NCBI GenBank assembly: GCA_947378305.1
Contig: CANCJJ010000013.1
Coordinates: 10,097 to 74,096, forward strand
Origin: Phenylobacterium aquaticum
GTDB taxonomy: Bacteria; Pseudomonadota; Alphaproteobacteria; Caulobacterales; Caulobacteraceae
Direction of reading: 5' to 3'
DNA length: 64,000 nt
The position numbers were made by a program, and so were the translations under genes. The notes under the pieces are model-generated. The model searched no databases and was not told where the DNA came from. It worked only from the letters and a program-made list of their open reading frames with translations. Positions 49,725 through 62,092 of this stretch are shown here, piece after piece (the stretch's first letter is position 1; each line of letters opens with the position of its first letter).

Positions 49725-49757
49725 GGCGGGAGGAGCCTCTACTAAGGCTCGTCAGCC

Positions 49758-51290
49758 CTAAACGAACCGCCAGGCTTCTTCAGCAGCCCGGCGTAGGGCC
49801 CGAGCCTTGTGGAGGGTTTCGTCGTATTCTGCGTCGGGGTCGCTATCAGCCACCACACCGCCGCCCGCCTGGACGTAGATGGTTCCGTCCTTAATGCAGG
49901 CGGTGCGCAGGACAATGCAGGTGTCCACCGAGCCATCAGCACCGAAATAACCGACGGCCCCGGCATAGGCGATGCCGCGCTTTTCGACTTCCAGCTCGTC
50001 AATGATCTGCATGGCCCGCACCTTTGGGGCCCCAGACAGGGTACCCGCCGGAAGGGCTGCCATCAGGACATCAACCGGGTCCAGCCCATCAGGCGCATCG
50101 CCCTCGACGTTCGAGACCAGGTGCATGACGTGGCTGTAGCGTTCAACAAAGAAGCTCGCCGTCACCCGGACGCGAGGATCGCCATAGGCCTGTTCAGGAC
50201 TGTTTGATCCTGTCGCCTTCAGCATGGCGACACGACCCACGTCATTTCTGCCGAGGTCCAGAAGCATAAGATGTTCCGCGCGCTCCTTTGGGTCAGCCAG
50301 CAGCTCGGCTTCCAGAGCGCGATCCTGCTCTGGCGTGGCCCCCCGCGGCCGGGTGCCCGCAATGGGTCGGATGGTGATCTTGTTATCCCGAAGTCTGACG
50401 AGAATCTCCGGGCTGGAGCCCGCGAGCTGGAAGTTCCCAAAGTTCAGATAGAACAGAAAGGGGGAGGGGTTCATTCTCCGCAGGGAGCGGTAGAGCGCAA
50501 AGGGTTCAAGTTCGAAGGGTGACCTGAACCTGTGGCTAGGAACGACCTGGAATATGTCTCCGGCGTGGATGTAGTCCTTCGCCCGGGCAACAATCTGATG
50601 ATAGTCCGTGCGACTGACCGGCGTTGTGAACTGGTCGGGTTGCGGCTTGCCAAGGCCGGTCAAGGCGGGGGCGGCCCCCTTGAGATCCGAGATCACCTCT
50701 GACAGTCGCTGGGTCGCGGCATCATAGGCAGCCCGGGCCGTGCCTTCACCTGGACGGACCGTGGTCACCAGGATGATTTCCTGGGCGATGGCGTCGAAAA
50801 TCGCGACGATGGATGGCTTGATCATCACGCCGTCGGGCAGGCCCAGGGTATCGGTGTTTACGTGCGGCAGGTTTTCGACAAGCCGGATCATGTCATAGCC
50901 AATGGCCCCGAAGACGCCAGCTGCCATGGGGGGCAGGCCCTCAGGCATGTCCAGTCGCGATGAGGCGACAAGATCACGAAGGGAATTCAGCGCACCACCC
51001 GGTTGAGGGGTAAAGAGGCCCTGGGCAATGGCATTGCCTTCCGCAGTTTCCGCCTGATCTCCATAACACCGCCAGACGAGGTCGGGCTTCATGGCGATGA
51101 CAGAGTAGCGTCCCCGCCAGGCCCCGCCTTCGACGCTCTCGAAGAGGAAGGCGTAGGGCTCTCCTTTTGCAATCTTCAGGTAGGCCGAAACCGGGGTCTC
51201 AAGATCGTCTATGAGCCGGGTCCAGACGAGCTGGGAGAGGCCTTTCGCAAAGCCTGTTTCAAACGCCGTAAAACCGGGCTCCGGGCTCAC
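49758..51290 (-). CDS. trpE: anthranilate synthase component I
   Basis: 510 aa. Chorismate-binding C-terminal motifs GTLSGAPKVRAMQIIDELE, RGIAYAGAVGYF, IVLRTA. Confidence 0.93.
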   Translation of the reverse strand: MSPEPGFTAFETGFAKGLSQLVWTRLIDDLETPVSAYLKIAKGEPYAFLFESVEGGAWRGRYSVIAMKPDLVWRCYGDQAETAEGNAIAQGLFTPQPGGALNSLRDLVASSRLDMPEGLPPMAAGVFGAIGYDMIRLVENLPHVNTDTLGLPDGVMIKPSIVAIFDAIAQEIILVTTVRPGEGTARAAYDAATQRLSEVISDLKGAAPALTGLGKPQPDQFTTPVSRTDYHQIVARAKDYIHAGDIFQVVPSHRFRSPFELEPFALYRSLRRMNPSPFLFYLNFGNFQLAGSSPEILVRLRDNKITIRPIAGTRPRGATPEQDRALEAELLADPKERAEHLMLLDLGRNDVGRVAMLKATGSNSPEQAYGDPRVRVTASFFVERYSHVMHLVSNVEGDAPDGLDPVDVLMAALPAGTLSGAPKVRAMQIIDELEVEKRGIAYAGAVGYFGADGSVDTCIVLRTACIKDGTIYVQAGGGVVADSDPDAEYDETLHKARALRRAAEEAWRFV

Positions 51291-53224
51291 TTCGCCTTCT
51301 CCGGTCCTTTAACCGTCGACTTTGCAGACTTGGTTTCCAGGGGAGCAAGGCCAAGGGCTGCGCGCGCGACCGCCATGTCTGTTTTGGCTTTCATTGTGCG
51401 ACGTGCCGAGACCCGCATGTCCTCGCCGATTTCGCGGAACACGGCCATCGTCAGCTGCGGACGGCTGTCCTCAGTTGGACGGGCAAGATCTGTTGCCGAC
51501 GGCACGGTAATATCCCCGAGTTTGGCAATGATCAGACCGAAGCTCTGTGCGTTTTCGGCGCTGAAAACATCTCCCGGGGCGCTGTTGAAGACCTTGCCCA
51601 AGGCGTCCTGGGACAGGGATTTGTCCTGCTGCGCGGATTGGCGATTGATTGCGCCGGATTGGACGGGCTTGGATCCGACAGACGCTGCGACGGCCTCAAG
51701 GCTTTCGCCCTTCTTGATTCGGGCGGTGAGTTCATCGGCCTTGGCCTGAAGCCGCTTTGCCATTTCCCGGCTCATCCAGACCCGCGTGAGCTGAGGCTTG
51801 ACCTCGGCAAGGGGCGGAACAGCCTTGGGGATCACACGCTCGACGCGAACCGCGAAAGATTCGCCGGCCCCTTCGTCCTCAATTTCGCTTTCGCCACCCT
51901 GGGGCAGGGCAAACGCCACCTGGACAAGCTTTTGCGTGATGCTGCCGACAGACTTGCCTTCTGGATCAGCCCCTTGTTCGGAGACTGGGCCCAGGGTCAT
52001 TGTCGGGACACCGGCCTTTGCCGCTGACTCCACGAGACTTGCGCCGCCAGCATGGGCGTCATCATACTTCTGGCTCAGCTCATAGACCCGCTCAGCCGCC
52101 GCGGTCTTGCGGGCTTCTGCCTCCAGCATGGGGCGGACCTCAGCCAGGGTGGTGGTGTGTCCCGGCGTAATGCCGGTCAGCTTGATGGCCGCATAGCCAA
52201 GATCGCCCTTGACGACCTGAACGCCGTCCTTGGCCATGGCAAAGGCTGCAGCAGAGATCTTGGGATCAACAATCGCAGTCCGTGGCTTGGAGTCGTAAAC
52301 GACGGCCTCGACACCAACAGATTTCGCAACGGCCTCTGGGGCCTCGCCTTTGGTGAGGCGTGCTGCAATGGCCTGGGCAGCCACGGCGTCCTTGGCCGCA
52401 ATTTGGACCAGACTGCGCATTTCTGGGCGGTTAAGCGTGTCCTTGCGGAAATTGAACTGCTTTTCGACCTCGGCTTCGGTAACAGCCACGCTCGGGGCCA
52501 CCTGGGCCGGGCTGAATCGAACGACGGTCAGAATGCGATATTCGGGTCGCATGAGCTGTGCGGCATTTTCCTGCATGAACTTGGTCAGCTGGGCATCAGT
52601 CGGCAGGGCCAGGGGTGGCACGGTCCGGGGATCAATGGCGAAATAGTTGATCGTGCGGTTTTCTGTCGCAAAGACCGCGGCCAGGGCGCTGTAGGCCCTC
52701 GGCACCCGCAAACCATCGACGAGGCCTGACGCGAGGTGCGACTCGGCGATTTCATCCCGCATACCCTGCTCGAATTTTGGGGCGGTTAGATCATTTTGCG
52801 CCAGTGTCTGAAGATAGAGAGTCTTGTCGAAACGTCCGGAAACCCGGTCAAAAAAGTTTGGAATCTTCTCAATGCGGGCCTTCATGAGGGCGTCTGAGGG
52901 CTTGAGGCCGACCTTGTCCAGAAGGGCCCCGAGGGACTCTCGCATGGCCAATTCATTGACCAGCCGGGTATCGAAATGGTTTTCAACGGCAAGCTCCGTC
53001 GATACGGGACGGCCAGCCTGTTGCTCCAAGCCCTTTCGAGCACGTTCCCACTCCGACTTGAACGCCTGGGGACCGATGGATCGATTGCCGGCAACCACAA
53101 CCTGGTTTGCGGACTGACCCTTGAAAACGTCCCGCACATTGAAGATCGCAAAGCTGACGATCAGCAGGCCGATAAGGGCAACGGAGACCCAGGACTTGGC
53201 CAGGGCGCGAATTGTGGCGATCAT
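51287..53224 (-). CDS. ppiD: periplasmic chaperone/peptidyl-prolyl isomerase PpiD-like (SurA_N + parvulin-like)
   Basis: MIATIRALAKSWVSVALIGLLIVSFAIF N-terminal anchor, long helical chaperone body. AAGGG Shine-Dalgarno before ATG 53224 (ORF open to 53263). The stop overlaps the trpE start by 4 nt. Confidence 0.8.
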   Translation of the reverse strand: MIATIRALAKSWVSVALIGLLIVSFAIFNVRDVFKGQSANQVVVAGNRSIGPQAFKSEWERARKGLEQQAGRPVSTELAVENHFDTRLVNELAMRESLGALLDKVGLKPSDALMKARIEKIPNFFDRVSGRFDKTLYLQTLAQNDLTAPKFEQGMRDEIAESHLASGLVDGLRVPRAYSALAAVFATENRTINYFAIDPRTVPPLALPTDAQLTKFMQENAAQLMRPEYRILTVVRFSPAQVAPSVAVTEAEVEKQFNFRKDTLNRPEMRSLVQIAAKDAVAAQAIAARLTKGEAPEAVAKSVGVEAVVYDSKPRTAIVDPKISAAAFAMAKDGVQVVKGDLGYAAIKLTGITPGHTTTLAEVRPMLEAEARKTAAAERVYELSQKYDDAHAGGASLVESAAKAGVPTMTLGPVSEQGADPEGKSVGSITQKLVQVAFALPQGGESEIEDEGAGESFAVRVERVIPKAVPPLAEVKPQLTRVWMSREMAKRLQAKADELTARIKKGESLEAVAASVGSKPVQSGAINRQSAQQDKSLSQDALGKVFNSAPGDVFSAENAQSFGLIIAKLGDITVPSATDLARPTEDSRPQLTMAVFREIGEDMRVSARRTMKAKTDMAVARAALGLAPLETKSAKSTVKGPEKAK

Positions 53225-53391
53225 GGAACCCTTTCTGCCCGGGCGACCGGGGTTGTTCTTCATTGGGGGTATAGTGGGTATGACTTGCCTCCCGCAAGCT
53301 TGGCTGTGGCATTGTGAACAGAAGAGACCGATGACACTGGGCGCTTGATGGCGTATCGCGGGATTCCGACCAAATTATGCAGGTTTAGAAC

Positions 53392-54141
53392 GTGATGAAT
53401 GCCCTCCGGCCGATGATCATTGGAAATTGGAAGATGCATGGGGACACAGCGGCCTTGGCGGAGGCCCTCGAGGTGGCCGCCGGGATAACTGGGGCAGCTA
53501 TTCGAGTCGGCATATGTCCACCGGCCACCTTGGTCCATCGCATGGCGCAAGACGTTGCTGGGACCAAACTGGAAGTTGGTGGGCAGGACTGCCGTGCAGA
53601 ATCCTCGGGGGCTTATACAGGCGATATTTCTGCCCCCATGCTTCGGGACGCGGGGGGCAGTCTGGTTATCCTGGGCCATTCTGAACGTCGTTCAGGCTAT
53701 GGGGAAACGGATGCCCTGGTGTCCACCAAGGTCGAGGCCGCCTTTGCGGCCGGGCTTGAGCCAATCGTCTGCGTCGGGGAAACCTTGCAACAGCGCGAGG
53801 CAGGTCAGGCCCTTGATGTGGTACGAGGCCAGATCCTCGGGTCCTTGCCTGACACGATAGTTGGCAAGCCCCTGGCAGTGGCCTACGAACCGGTATGGGC
53901 AATCGGAACAGGTCTGACGCCGACAGTTCCCGAAGTTGAGGCCGTCCATGTGTCTATCCGGGGCGTTCTGGTGGAAAAATTTGGTCAGGACGGCGCGCGG
54001 ATTCCTATCCTTTACGGGGGCTCGGTTAAGCCATCGAACGCAGCTGAGTTGCTCGCCGCCCGCGAGGTTGGCGGCGCTCTGGTCGGAGGTGCTTCGTTAA
54101 AGTCGGCTGACTTCCTCAAGATCATTCAGTCTGTTGCCTGA
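53392..54141 (+). CDS. tpiA: triosephosphate isomerase
   Basis: IIGNWKMHG, ILGHSERR, AYEPVWAIGTG active-site motifs. Start at GTG 53392 or ATG 53395. Confidence 0.93.
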   Translation: MMNALRPMIIGNWKMHGDTAALAEALEVAAGITGAAIRVGICPPATLVHRMAQDVAGTKLEVGGQDCRAESSGAYTGDISAPMLRDAGGSLVILGHSERRSGYGETDALVSTKVEAAFAAGLEPIVCVGETLQQREAGQALDVVRGQILGSLPDTIVGKPLAVAYEPVWAIGTGLTPTVPEVEAVHVSIRGVLVEKFGQDGARIPILYGGSVKPSNAAELLAAREVGGALVGGASLKSADFLKIIQSVA

Positions 54142-54249
54142 CCCTGGCCGACCAAGCATCGACGCCACTGGCTATGGCTAAATGCGACTTGGGATGATAG
54201 ACGGCTGGCTCTGTATCGGCGCTTGCGCCTGGACCTATCGGACCTCGAA

Positions 54250-54651
54250 ATGCTCGGCACACTTCTCGCAATTCATATTATTGTCTGCATCTGCCTGATC
54301 GTGGTGGTGCTGCTCCAGCAATCCGAGGGCGGTGCCCTGGGCATGGGTGGGGGCCCGACGGGCTTCATGACCACGCGGGGTGCCGGGGACCTGCTGACCC
54401 GCACCACCTGGATTCTGGCGACCCTTTTCTTTGTGCTGAGCCTCGCCCTTACTGTGCTTACGGGCCGCTCCAAGGGTGAGAGCTCCGTGGTCGACCGGGT
54501 GAAGATCGAGAACCTCGCCCCCTCACAGCTGAACAAGCCCGCCCTGCCAGCGCCCGCCGCGCCGTCTGGCCTGGAAGCCCCGTCGCCGTCAGTTCGTGAT
54601 CCCTTTGCTGGATCGACGGGCCCGGCGGACAAGACGCCGCCAAAGCCCTGA
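54250..54651 (+). CDS. secG: preprotein translocase subunit SecG
   Basis: MLGTLLAIHIIVCICLIVVVLLQQSEGGALG is the SecG signature, followed by a second TM and a Pro/Ala-rich tail. Conserved tpiA-secG-pyrG order. Confidence 0.85.
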   Translation: MLGTLLAIHIIVCICLIVVVLLQQSEGGALGMGGGPTGFMTTRGAGDLLTRTTWILATLFFVLSLALTVLTGRSKGESSVVDRVKIENLAPSQLNKPALPAPAAPSGLEAPSPSVRDPFAGSTGPADKTPPKP

Positions 54652-54776
54652 TTTAGCAGATTTTTCGTTTTTAATTTTCGAGCCCGCTCGTATCGGCGGC
54701 GCACTTGAAGTTCGCCTCATCCACAGGATTTGCAAAAACGCCTCACGGTGTCTGCTGCGAATCAGAATTACTCTGA

Positions 54777-56423
<1,647 letters not shown>

Positions 56424-56584
56424 ATCCCAAGATCAGGGCGTTACCCGTTCGGTGTCGTGCGATTAGGCTCCAGCCGGACTTGAAACCATTGCGGGTTTGG
56501 GGCATACACCCCCGCTCACAGCGGCGGGTCGGGGCGGTGCTCCGGTTGCTGGCGCTTTCATATTTACGCCTGAGAGAGTCTCCC

Positions 56585-56767
56585 GTGGCCGTTCCTAAAC
56601 GCAAAGTTTCCCCTTCACGTCGCAACATGCGTCGCTCTCACCACGCCCTTGGTGCCAACAGCTTTGTTGAAGACAAGGAAACCGGTGAGCTGAAGCGTCC
56701 CCACCATGTCGATCTGAAGACGGGCATGTACAAGGGCCGTCAGGTCATCACACCCAAGGCCGACTAA
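56585..56767 (+). CDS. rpmF: 50S ribosomal protein L32
   Basis: GTG start giving (M)[21 protein letters not shown], the canonical L32 N-terminus. 60 aa. The upstream part of the 56480 ORF is not L32-like. Confidence 0.9.
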   Translation: MAVPKRKVSPSRRNMRRSHHALGANSFVEDKETGELKRPHHVDLKTGMYKGRQVITPKAD

Positions 56768-56787
56768 GGCTTTGAAGGTCGGGGTTG

Positions 56788-56807
56788 CCGGGGGTTATTG
56801 ACCCCGG
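56788..56807. terminator. palindromic hairpin between convergent rpmF and enoyl-CoA hydratase genes
   Basis: CCGGGG-(g)ttattga-CCCCGG. The loop contains the hydratase stop codon. Possible bidirectional terminator, no clear U-tracts. Confidence 0.35.
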
Positions 56808-57565
56808 CCCCTGGTCTGGACTGCGGCCCGACGGGCCTCCACCATTTCCGGCGTGACGTGGCGATTGTGTGCTGTTGAGCGAGCCTGCTCCAGCCTGAGC
56901 CCGTCCTGCATCGACAATTCGTATCCATCATCGATCATGGCCTTGTAGGTGACGAGCATGTCCAGATCGATCTGGGCCATGTCTGCTGCCAGCTTGAGGG
57001 CTGACGGAATCAGGTCTTCGGGCTCGACAACGCGGTTGATCAGGCCCCAGTCCAGCGCCGTCTGCGCGTCTAGAAAGTTCCCGCTGAGGGACAACTCTTT
57101 TGCCCTGTAGGGCCCGATCACACGGGATAGTTTCTGCGATAGCCCCCATCCAGGCGTAATGCCGACGCGGCCATGGGTATCGGCAAACCGCGCCCGGGTC
57201 GAACAGATGAGCACATCGCAGGCCAGGGCCAGTTCGAACCCGCCTGTAATTGCTACACCATTGATCGCGCCAATGACCGGCTTTTTGCAGGCGATGACCG
57301 CCCAGGCTGGATTTTCAGAGGGTGCGGTTGCATTCGCAGCTCTCAGACCGTCGGGGTCGCCACCGAGTTCCTTGAGGTCCAGGCCCGCCGTAAAGGCCCG
57401 GTCACCTGCGCCTGTTAGGACAATGACCTTGACCTCCGGGTTTGCATCCAGCTGCGTCAGGGTTTCATGCAAGCTTGCCCTCAGGGCCTTGGACAAGGCG
57501 TTCATGGCCTCAGGCCGGTTAAGGGTGACCAAGGCAACTTGATCCTGAATGTCGACGAGCAGCAT
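56795..57565 (-). CDS. enoyl-CoA hydratase/isomerase (crotonase) family protein
   Basis: MLLVDIQDQVALVTLNRPEAMNAL, VIVLTGAGDRAFTAGLDLKE, AINGVAITGGFELALACD. AGGAGGG Shine-Dalgarno 7 nt before ATG 57565. The long upstream extension to 57862 is Ser/Thr/Pro-rich and overlaps eno. Confidence 0.85.
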   Translation of the reverse strand: MLLVDIQDQVALVTLNRPEAMNALSKALRASLHETLTQLDANPEVKVIVLTGAGDRAFTAGLDLKELGGDPDGLRAANATAPSENPAWAVIACKKPVIGAINGVAITGGFELALACDVLICSTRARFADTHGRVGITPGWGLSQKLSRVIGPYRAKELSLSGNFLDAQTALDWGLINRVVEPEDLIPSALKLAADMAQIDLDMLVTYKAMIDDGYELSMQDGLRLEQARSTAHNRHVTPEMVEARRAAVQTRGRGQ

Positions 57566-57656
57566 GTGGAGCCCTCCTGTTTGGGGGCCAGATGACCAGC
57601 CAGACGAGGGGGAAGTCAAGCTCGGTAACATTGCCGTGATGGCCAAATCTGTGTAA

Positions 57657-58976
<1,320 letters not shown>

Positions 58977-58997
58977 GGCGTTGAAACGGTAAATTAA

Positions 58998-59047
58998 GGG
59001 AAAAGCCTCACCCTGGGTTCGCGTTCGGATCCAGTGAGTCTTTTCCC
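58998..59047 (+). other. long hairpin filling the eno-ftsB spacer and abutting the ftsB ATG
   Basis: GGGAAAAGcCTCAC (58998-59011) pairs with GTGAGtCTTTTCCC (59034-59047): 13 of 14 pairs, plus 3 inner pairs (TGG/CCA). The 3' arm ends on the base before ATG 59048. Confidence 0.45.
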
Positions 59048-59344
59048 ATGTTTGCCCAGCTTCGTGGCTATCTGCCGACTGCGGCTCTTGGCCTCTTGAT
59101 CCTTTATTTTGGTATCCATGCCCTAACGGGAAGTCGTGGCATATTGTCGAACAGCGAACGCGACGCCACCCTGGCAGCCAAGGAGGCCGAGCTGGTTCAG
59201 GCCCGCCTCATGCGGCAGGATCTTGAAGTCCGTGCTCATTTGTTGCGCGATGAGAGCCTATCCGCCGATCTGCTTGATGAGCGTGCCCGGTCGATACTTG
59301 GTTATGCCGACCCTAAAGACTATGTCATCCGGGTGAGGCCATAA
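59048..59344 (+). CDS. ftsB: septum formation initiator FtsB/DivIC-family protein
   Basis: 98 aa. N-terminal TM (AALGLLILYFGIHAL) followed by a coiled coil (AAKEAELVQARLMRQDLEVRAHLL). The position upstream of pdhA is typical of Alphaproteobacteria. Confidence 0.8.
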   Translation: MFAQLRGYLPTAALGLLILYFGIHALTGSRGILSNSERDATLAAKEAELVQARLMRQDLEVRAHLLRDESLSADLLDERARSILGYADPKDYVIRVRP

Positions 59345-59385
59345 CGAGCGCGCCTGGCTCGTAGTCCACGCCAATGGAGATATTC

Positions 59386-60369
59386 ATGGCACCTGAAAAG
59401 GGTTTGCCGGACCAGCTGAAGGCCTTCTACAGGCAGATGCTCTTGATACGCCGTTTCGAAGAACGGGCAGGCCAGCTTTACGGCATGGGGCTGATCGGCG
59501 GGTTTTGTCACCTCTATATCGGTCAGGAAGCCATTGCGGTCGGGGTTCAATCGATCAAGCAGACCGGGGATCAGGTGATAACGGGGTATCGGGATCACGG
59601 GCATATGCTGGCTTGTGGCATGGACCCCCGCGAGGTCATGGCGGAGTTAACGGGCCGCGCCGGAGGCTCATCCAAGGGCAAGGGTGGATCCATGCACATG
59701 TTCTCGACGGAAGCCGATTTCTTTGGCGGCCACGGGATTGTCGGGGCCCAGGTCAGCTTGGGGACAGGCCTTGCGCTTGCCAACAAGTATCGGAAGAATG
59801 GCAAGGTTGCCTTTGTCTATTTCGGGGATGGCGCGGCCAATCAGGGCCAGGTCTACGAGTCCTTCAACATGGCCGAACTCTGGTCGCTCCCGGTCGTCTA
59901 TGTGATCGAGAACAACCAGTATGCGATGGGAACCTCTATCGAACGCTCCTCCTCAGAAACCCACCTCTACAAACGCGGTGCGTCCTTCCGAATCCCCGGG
60001 GAAGAGGTTGACGGGATGGATGTCGTGGCCGTTCGGGAGGCCGCCGCGCGCGCGGCCGAGCACGCCCGGTCCGGTCAGGGTCCTTATATTCTGGAAATGA
60101 AGACCTATCGCTATCGCGGCCACTCCATGAGTGACCCGGCAAAATACCGCACCCGTGAGGAGGTGGATTTGGTCCGCAAGACCAGGGACCCGATTGATCA
60201 CCTTCAAGACATCCTCCTGAACGATCACGGCGTTGAGGAGGCTACCCTAAAGGTCCTGGATGGCGAGGTAAAACAGATCGTGGCCGACGCTGTAGAGTTT
60301 GCGCGCAATTCCCCAGAGCCTGCGCCATCGGAACTTTACACGGATGTCTATCTGGAGGCTTCCCGATGA
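59386..60369 (+). CDS. pdhA: pyruvate dehydrogenase E1 alpha subunit
   Basis: [27 protein letters not shown] motif [10 protein letters not shown]...[18 protein letters not shown] Shine-Dalgarno 6 nt before ATG 59386. An in-frame ATG at 59374 lies inside that Shine-Dalgarno. Confidence 0.93.
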   Translation: MAPEKGLPDQLKAFYRQMLLIRRFEERAGQLYGMGLIGGFCHLYIGQEAIAVGVQSIKQTGDQVITGYRDHGHMLACGMDPREVMAELTGRAGGSSKGKGGSMHMFSTEADFFGGHGIVGAQVSLGTGLALANKYRKNGKVAFVYFGDGAANQGQVYESFNMAELWSLPVVYVIENNQYAMGTSIERSSSETHLYKRGASFRIPGEEVDGMDVVAVREAAARAAEHARSGQGPYILEMKTYRYRGHSMSDPAKYRTREEVDLVRKTRDPIDHLQDILLNDHGVEEATLKVLDGEVKQIVADAVEFARNSPEPAPSELYTDVYLEASR

Positions 60370-61694
60370 CGGATATCCTCATGCCCGCCCTGTCGCCTAC
60401 AATGGAGCAGGGAACCCTCACAAAATGGCATGTGAAGCCGGGGGACTCGGTCAGGGCGGGTGACATTATCGCGGACATTGAGACCGACAAGGCCACCATG
60501 GAGGTCGAAGCGGTCGATGAGGGCGTGATTTCCGAGATACTCGTTGCCGACGGGACCGAGGATATCAAGGTCAATACGCCAATTGCCCGGCTTGCCGGTG
60601 GCCTTGCACCCGTTTTGGCGACACCAGTCGTTGAGGTCCAGGCCGAGCCTCCCGCCGCACCTGCCATACCAGAGCTGGTCGTGACGACTACAGAACCCCT
60701 CCAGCTGGGACCTACCACGCGTGTAACCGTCCGCGACGCCCTGCGCGATGCCATGGCCGAGGAAATGCGGCGGGACCCGGATGTCTTCCTGATGGGCGAG
60801 GAGGTTGCCGAATACCAGGGGGCCTACAAGGTCAGTCGCGACCTGTTGCAAGAATTTGGGCCAGATCGGGTCATAGACACCCCAATAACCGAACATGGGT
60901 TTGCAGGACTTGGGGTTGGAGCCGCCATGGCGGGCCTAAAGCCAATCATCGAGTTCATGACGTTTAACTTTGCCATGCAGGCCATTGATCACATTATAAA
61001 TTCATCTGCTAAGGCACTCTATATGTCTGGCGGACAGATCAAGACCTCCGTCGTGTTTCGCGGTCCGAACGGCGCGGCATCCAGAGTGGCCGCACAGCAC
61101 AGCCAGGACTATTCCGCGTGGTATGCGCAGATTCCCGGTCTAAAAGTTGTCGCCCCCTATGACGCCGCTGATGCCAAGGGTTTGCTGAAAGCCGCCATCC
61201 GGGATCCGAATCCGGTCGTCTTTCTGGAACATGAAATGCTCTATGGCCTGGACGGGGATGTTCCAACCGACCCGGACTGGACCGTCGAAATTGGCAAGGC
61301 CCTGGTTCGCAGGCCAGGATCTGACGTGACGATCACGGCCCATTCCAGGATGGTGGGTCTGGCCATCCAGGCCGCGGAGCAGTTGGCAACCATGGGCATC
61401 GACGCTGAGGTCATAGACCTGCGGACCCTCAGGCCTCTCGACCACGACACCATCGTCAACAGTGTCCGTAAGACCAACCGGATCGTCAGCGTTGAGGAAG
61501 GCTGGGGCTCCATGGGCGTGGGGGCCGAGGTCGTGGCGCGGGTCATTGAACATGCCTTTGACGATCTGGATGCCCCGCCGACCCGGATCTTCCAGGCCGA
61601 TGTGCCCATGCCCTATGCGGCGAACCTCGAAGCCCTGACACTGCCGACGGTGGAGTCAATTGTCGCAGCCGTTCGCGCGGTTTGCTATCGATGA
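60366..61694 (+). CDS. pdhB: pyruvate dehydrogenase E1 beta subunit with N-terminal lipoyl domain
   Basis: Lipoyl domain [18 protein letters not shown]...[12 protein letters not shown], Ala/Pro linker, then the transketolase-like E1-beta core ([14 protein letters not shown]...[11 protein letters not shown]). Confidence 0.93.
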   Translation: MTDILMPALSPTMEQGTLTKWHVKPGDSVRAGDIIADIETDKATMEVEAVDEGVISEILVADGTEDIKVNTPIARLAGGLAPVLATPVVEVQAEPPAAPAIPELVVTTTEPLQLGPTTRVTVRDALRDAMAEEMRRDPDVFLMGEEVAEYQGAYKVSRDLLQEFGPDRVIDTPITEHGFAGLGVGAAMAGLKPIIEFMTFNFAMQAIDHIINSSAKALYMSGGQIKTSVVFRGPNGAASRVAAQHSQDYSAWYAQIPGLKVVAPYDAADAKGLLKAAIRDPNPVVFLEHEMLYGLDGDVPTDPDWTVEIGKALVRRPGSDVTITAHSRMVGLAIQAAEQLATMGIDAEVIDLRTLRPLDHDTIVNSVRKTNRIVSVEEGWGSMGVGAEVVARVIEHAFDDLDAPPTRIFQADVPMPYAANLEALTLPTVESIVAAVRAVCYR

Positions 61695-62092
61695 CAGGCG
61701 CTGAGTTCAAATGGGTGGCCGGAGGCTGCCATTGCCGGGCGGTCCGCTTTGAGGTGGCCTTGCCGGAGGTCAGCGAGGCCCATTCCTGCAATTGTTCCAT
61801 GTGCGCCAGGACGGGCTATGTTCACCTGATCGTGCCGGAAAGCCGTTTCCGGCTGGTGTGCGGTGAGGACCAGATCACCACCTATGTTTTCAATACCGGC
61901 GTGGCGAAACACACCTTCTGCAAGGCATGCGGGATCAAGAGCTTCTATCGTCCGCGCTCCAATCCGAATGGCTGGTCGATTAATGCCCGGTGCCTGGATG
62001 AGCCTGTGGCCATGGATCTCAGCGCGTTTGACGGTCAGAACTGGGAATCCCACGCTGACACCCTGGCCCATCTGTCGGAGGACGGGGCATGA
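61691..62092 (+). CDS. GFA (glutathione-dependent formaldehyde-activating / CENP-V-like) family zinc-thiol protein
   Basis: [30 protein letters not shown] Cys motifs. ATGA overlaps with the pdhB stop (61691-61694) and with the pdhC start (62089-62092). Confidence 0.7.
   Translation: MTGAEFKWVAGGCHCRAVRFEVALPEVSEAHSCNCSMCARTGYVHLIVPESRFRLVCGEDQITTYVFNTGVAKHTFCKACGIKSFYRPRSNPNGWSINARCLDEPVAMDLSAFDGQNWESHADTLAHLSEDGA

Noticed and set aside
49733-49750. GAGCCT-ctacta-AGGCTC hairpin between the convergent FtsX permease 2 and trpE genes, a possible bidirectional terminator.
   Set aside because: Only a 6-bp stem with no flanking U/A tracts. Too weak to annotate as a feature.
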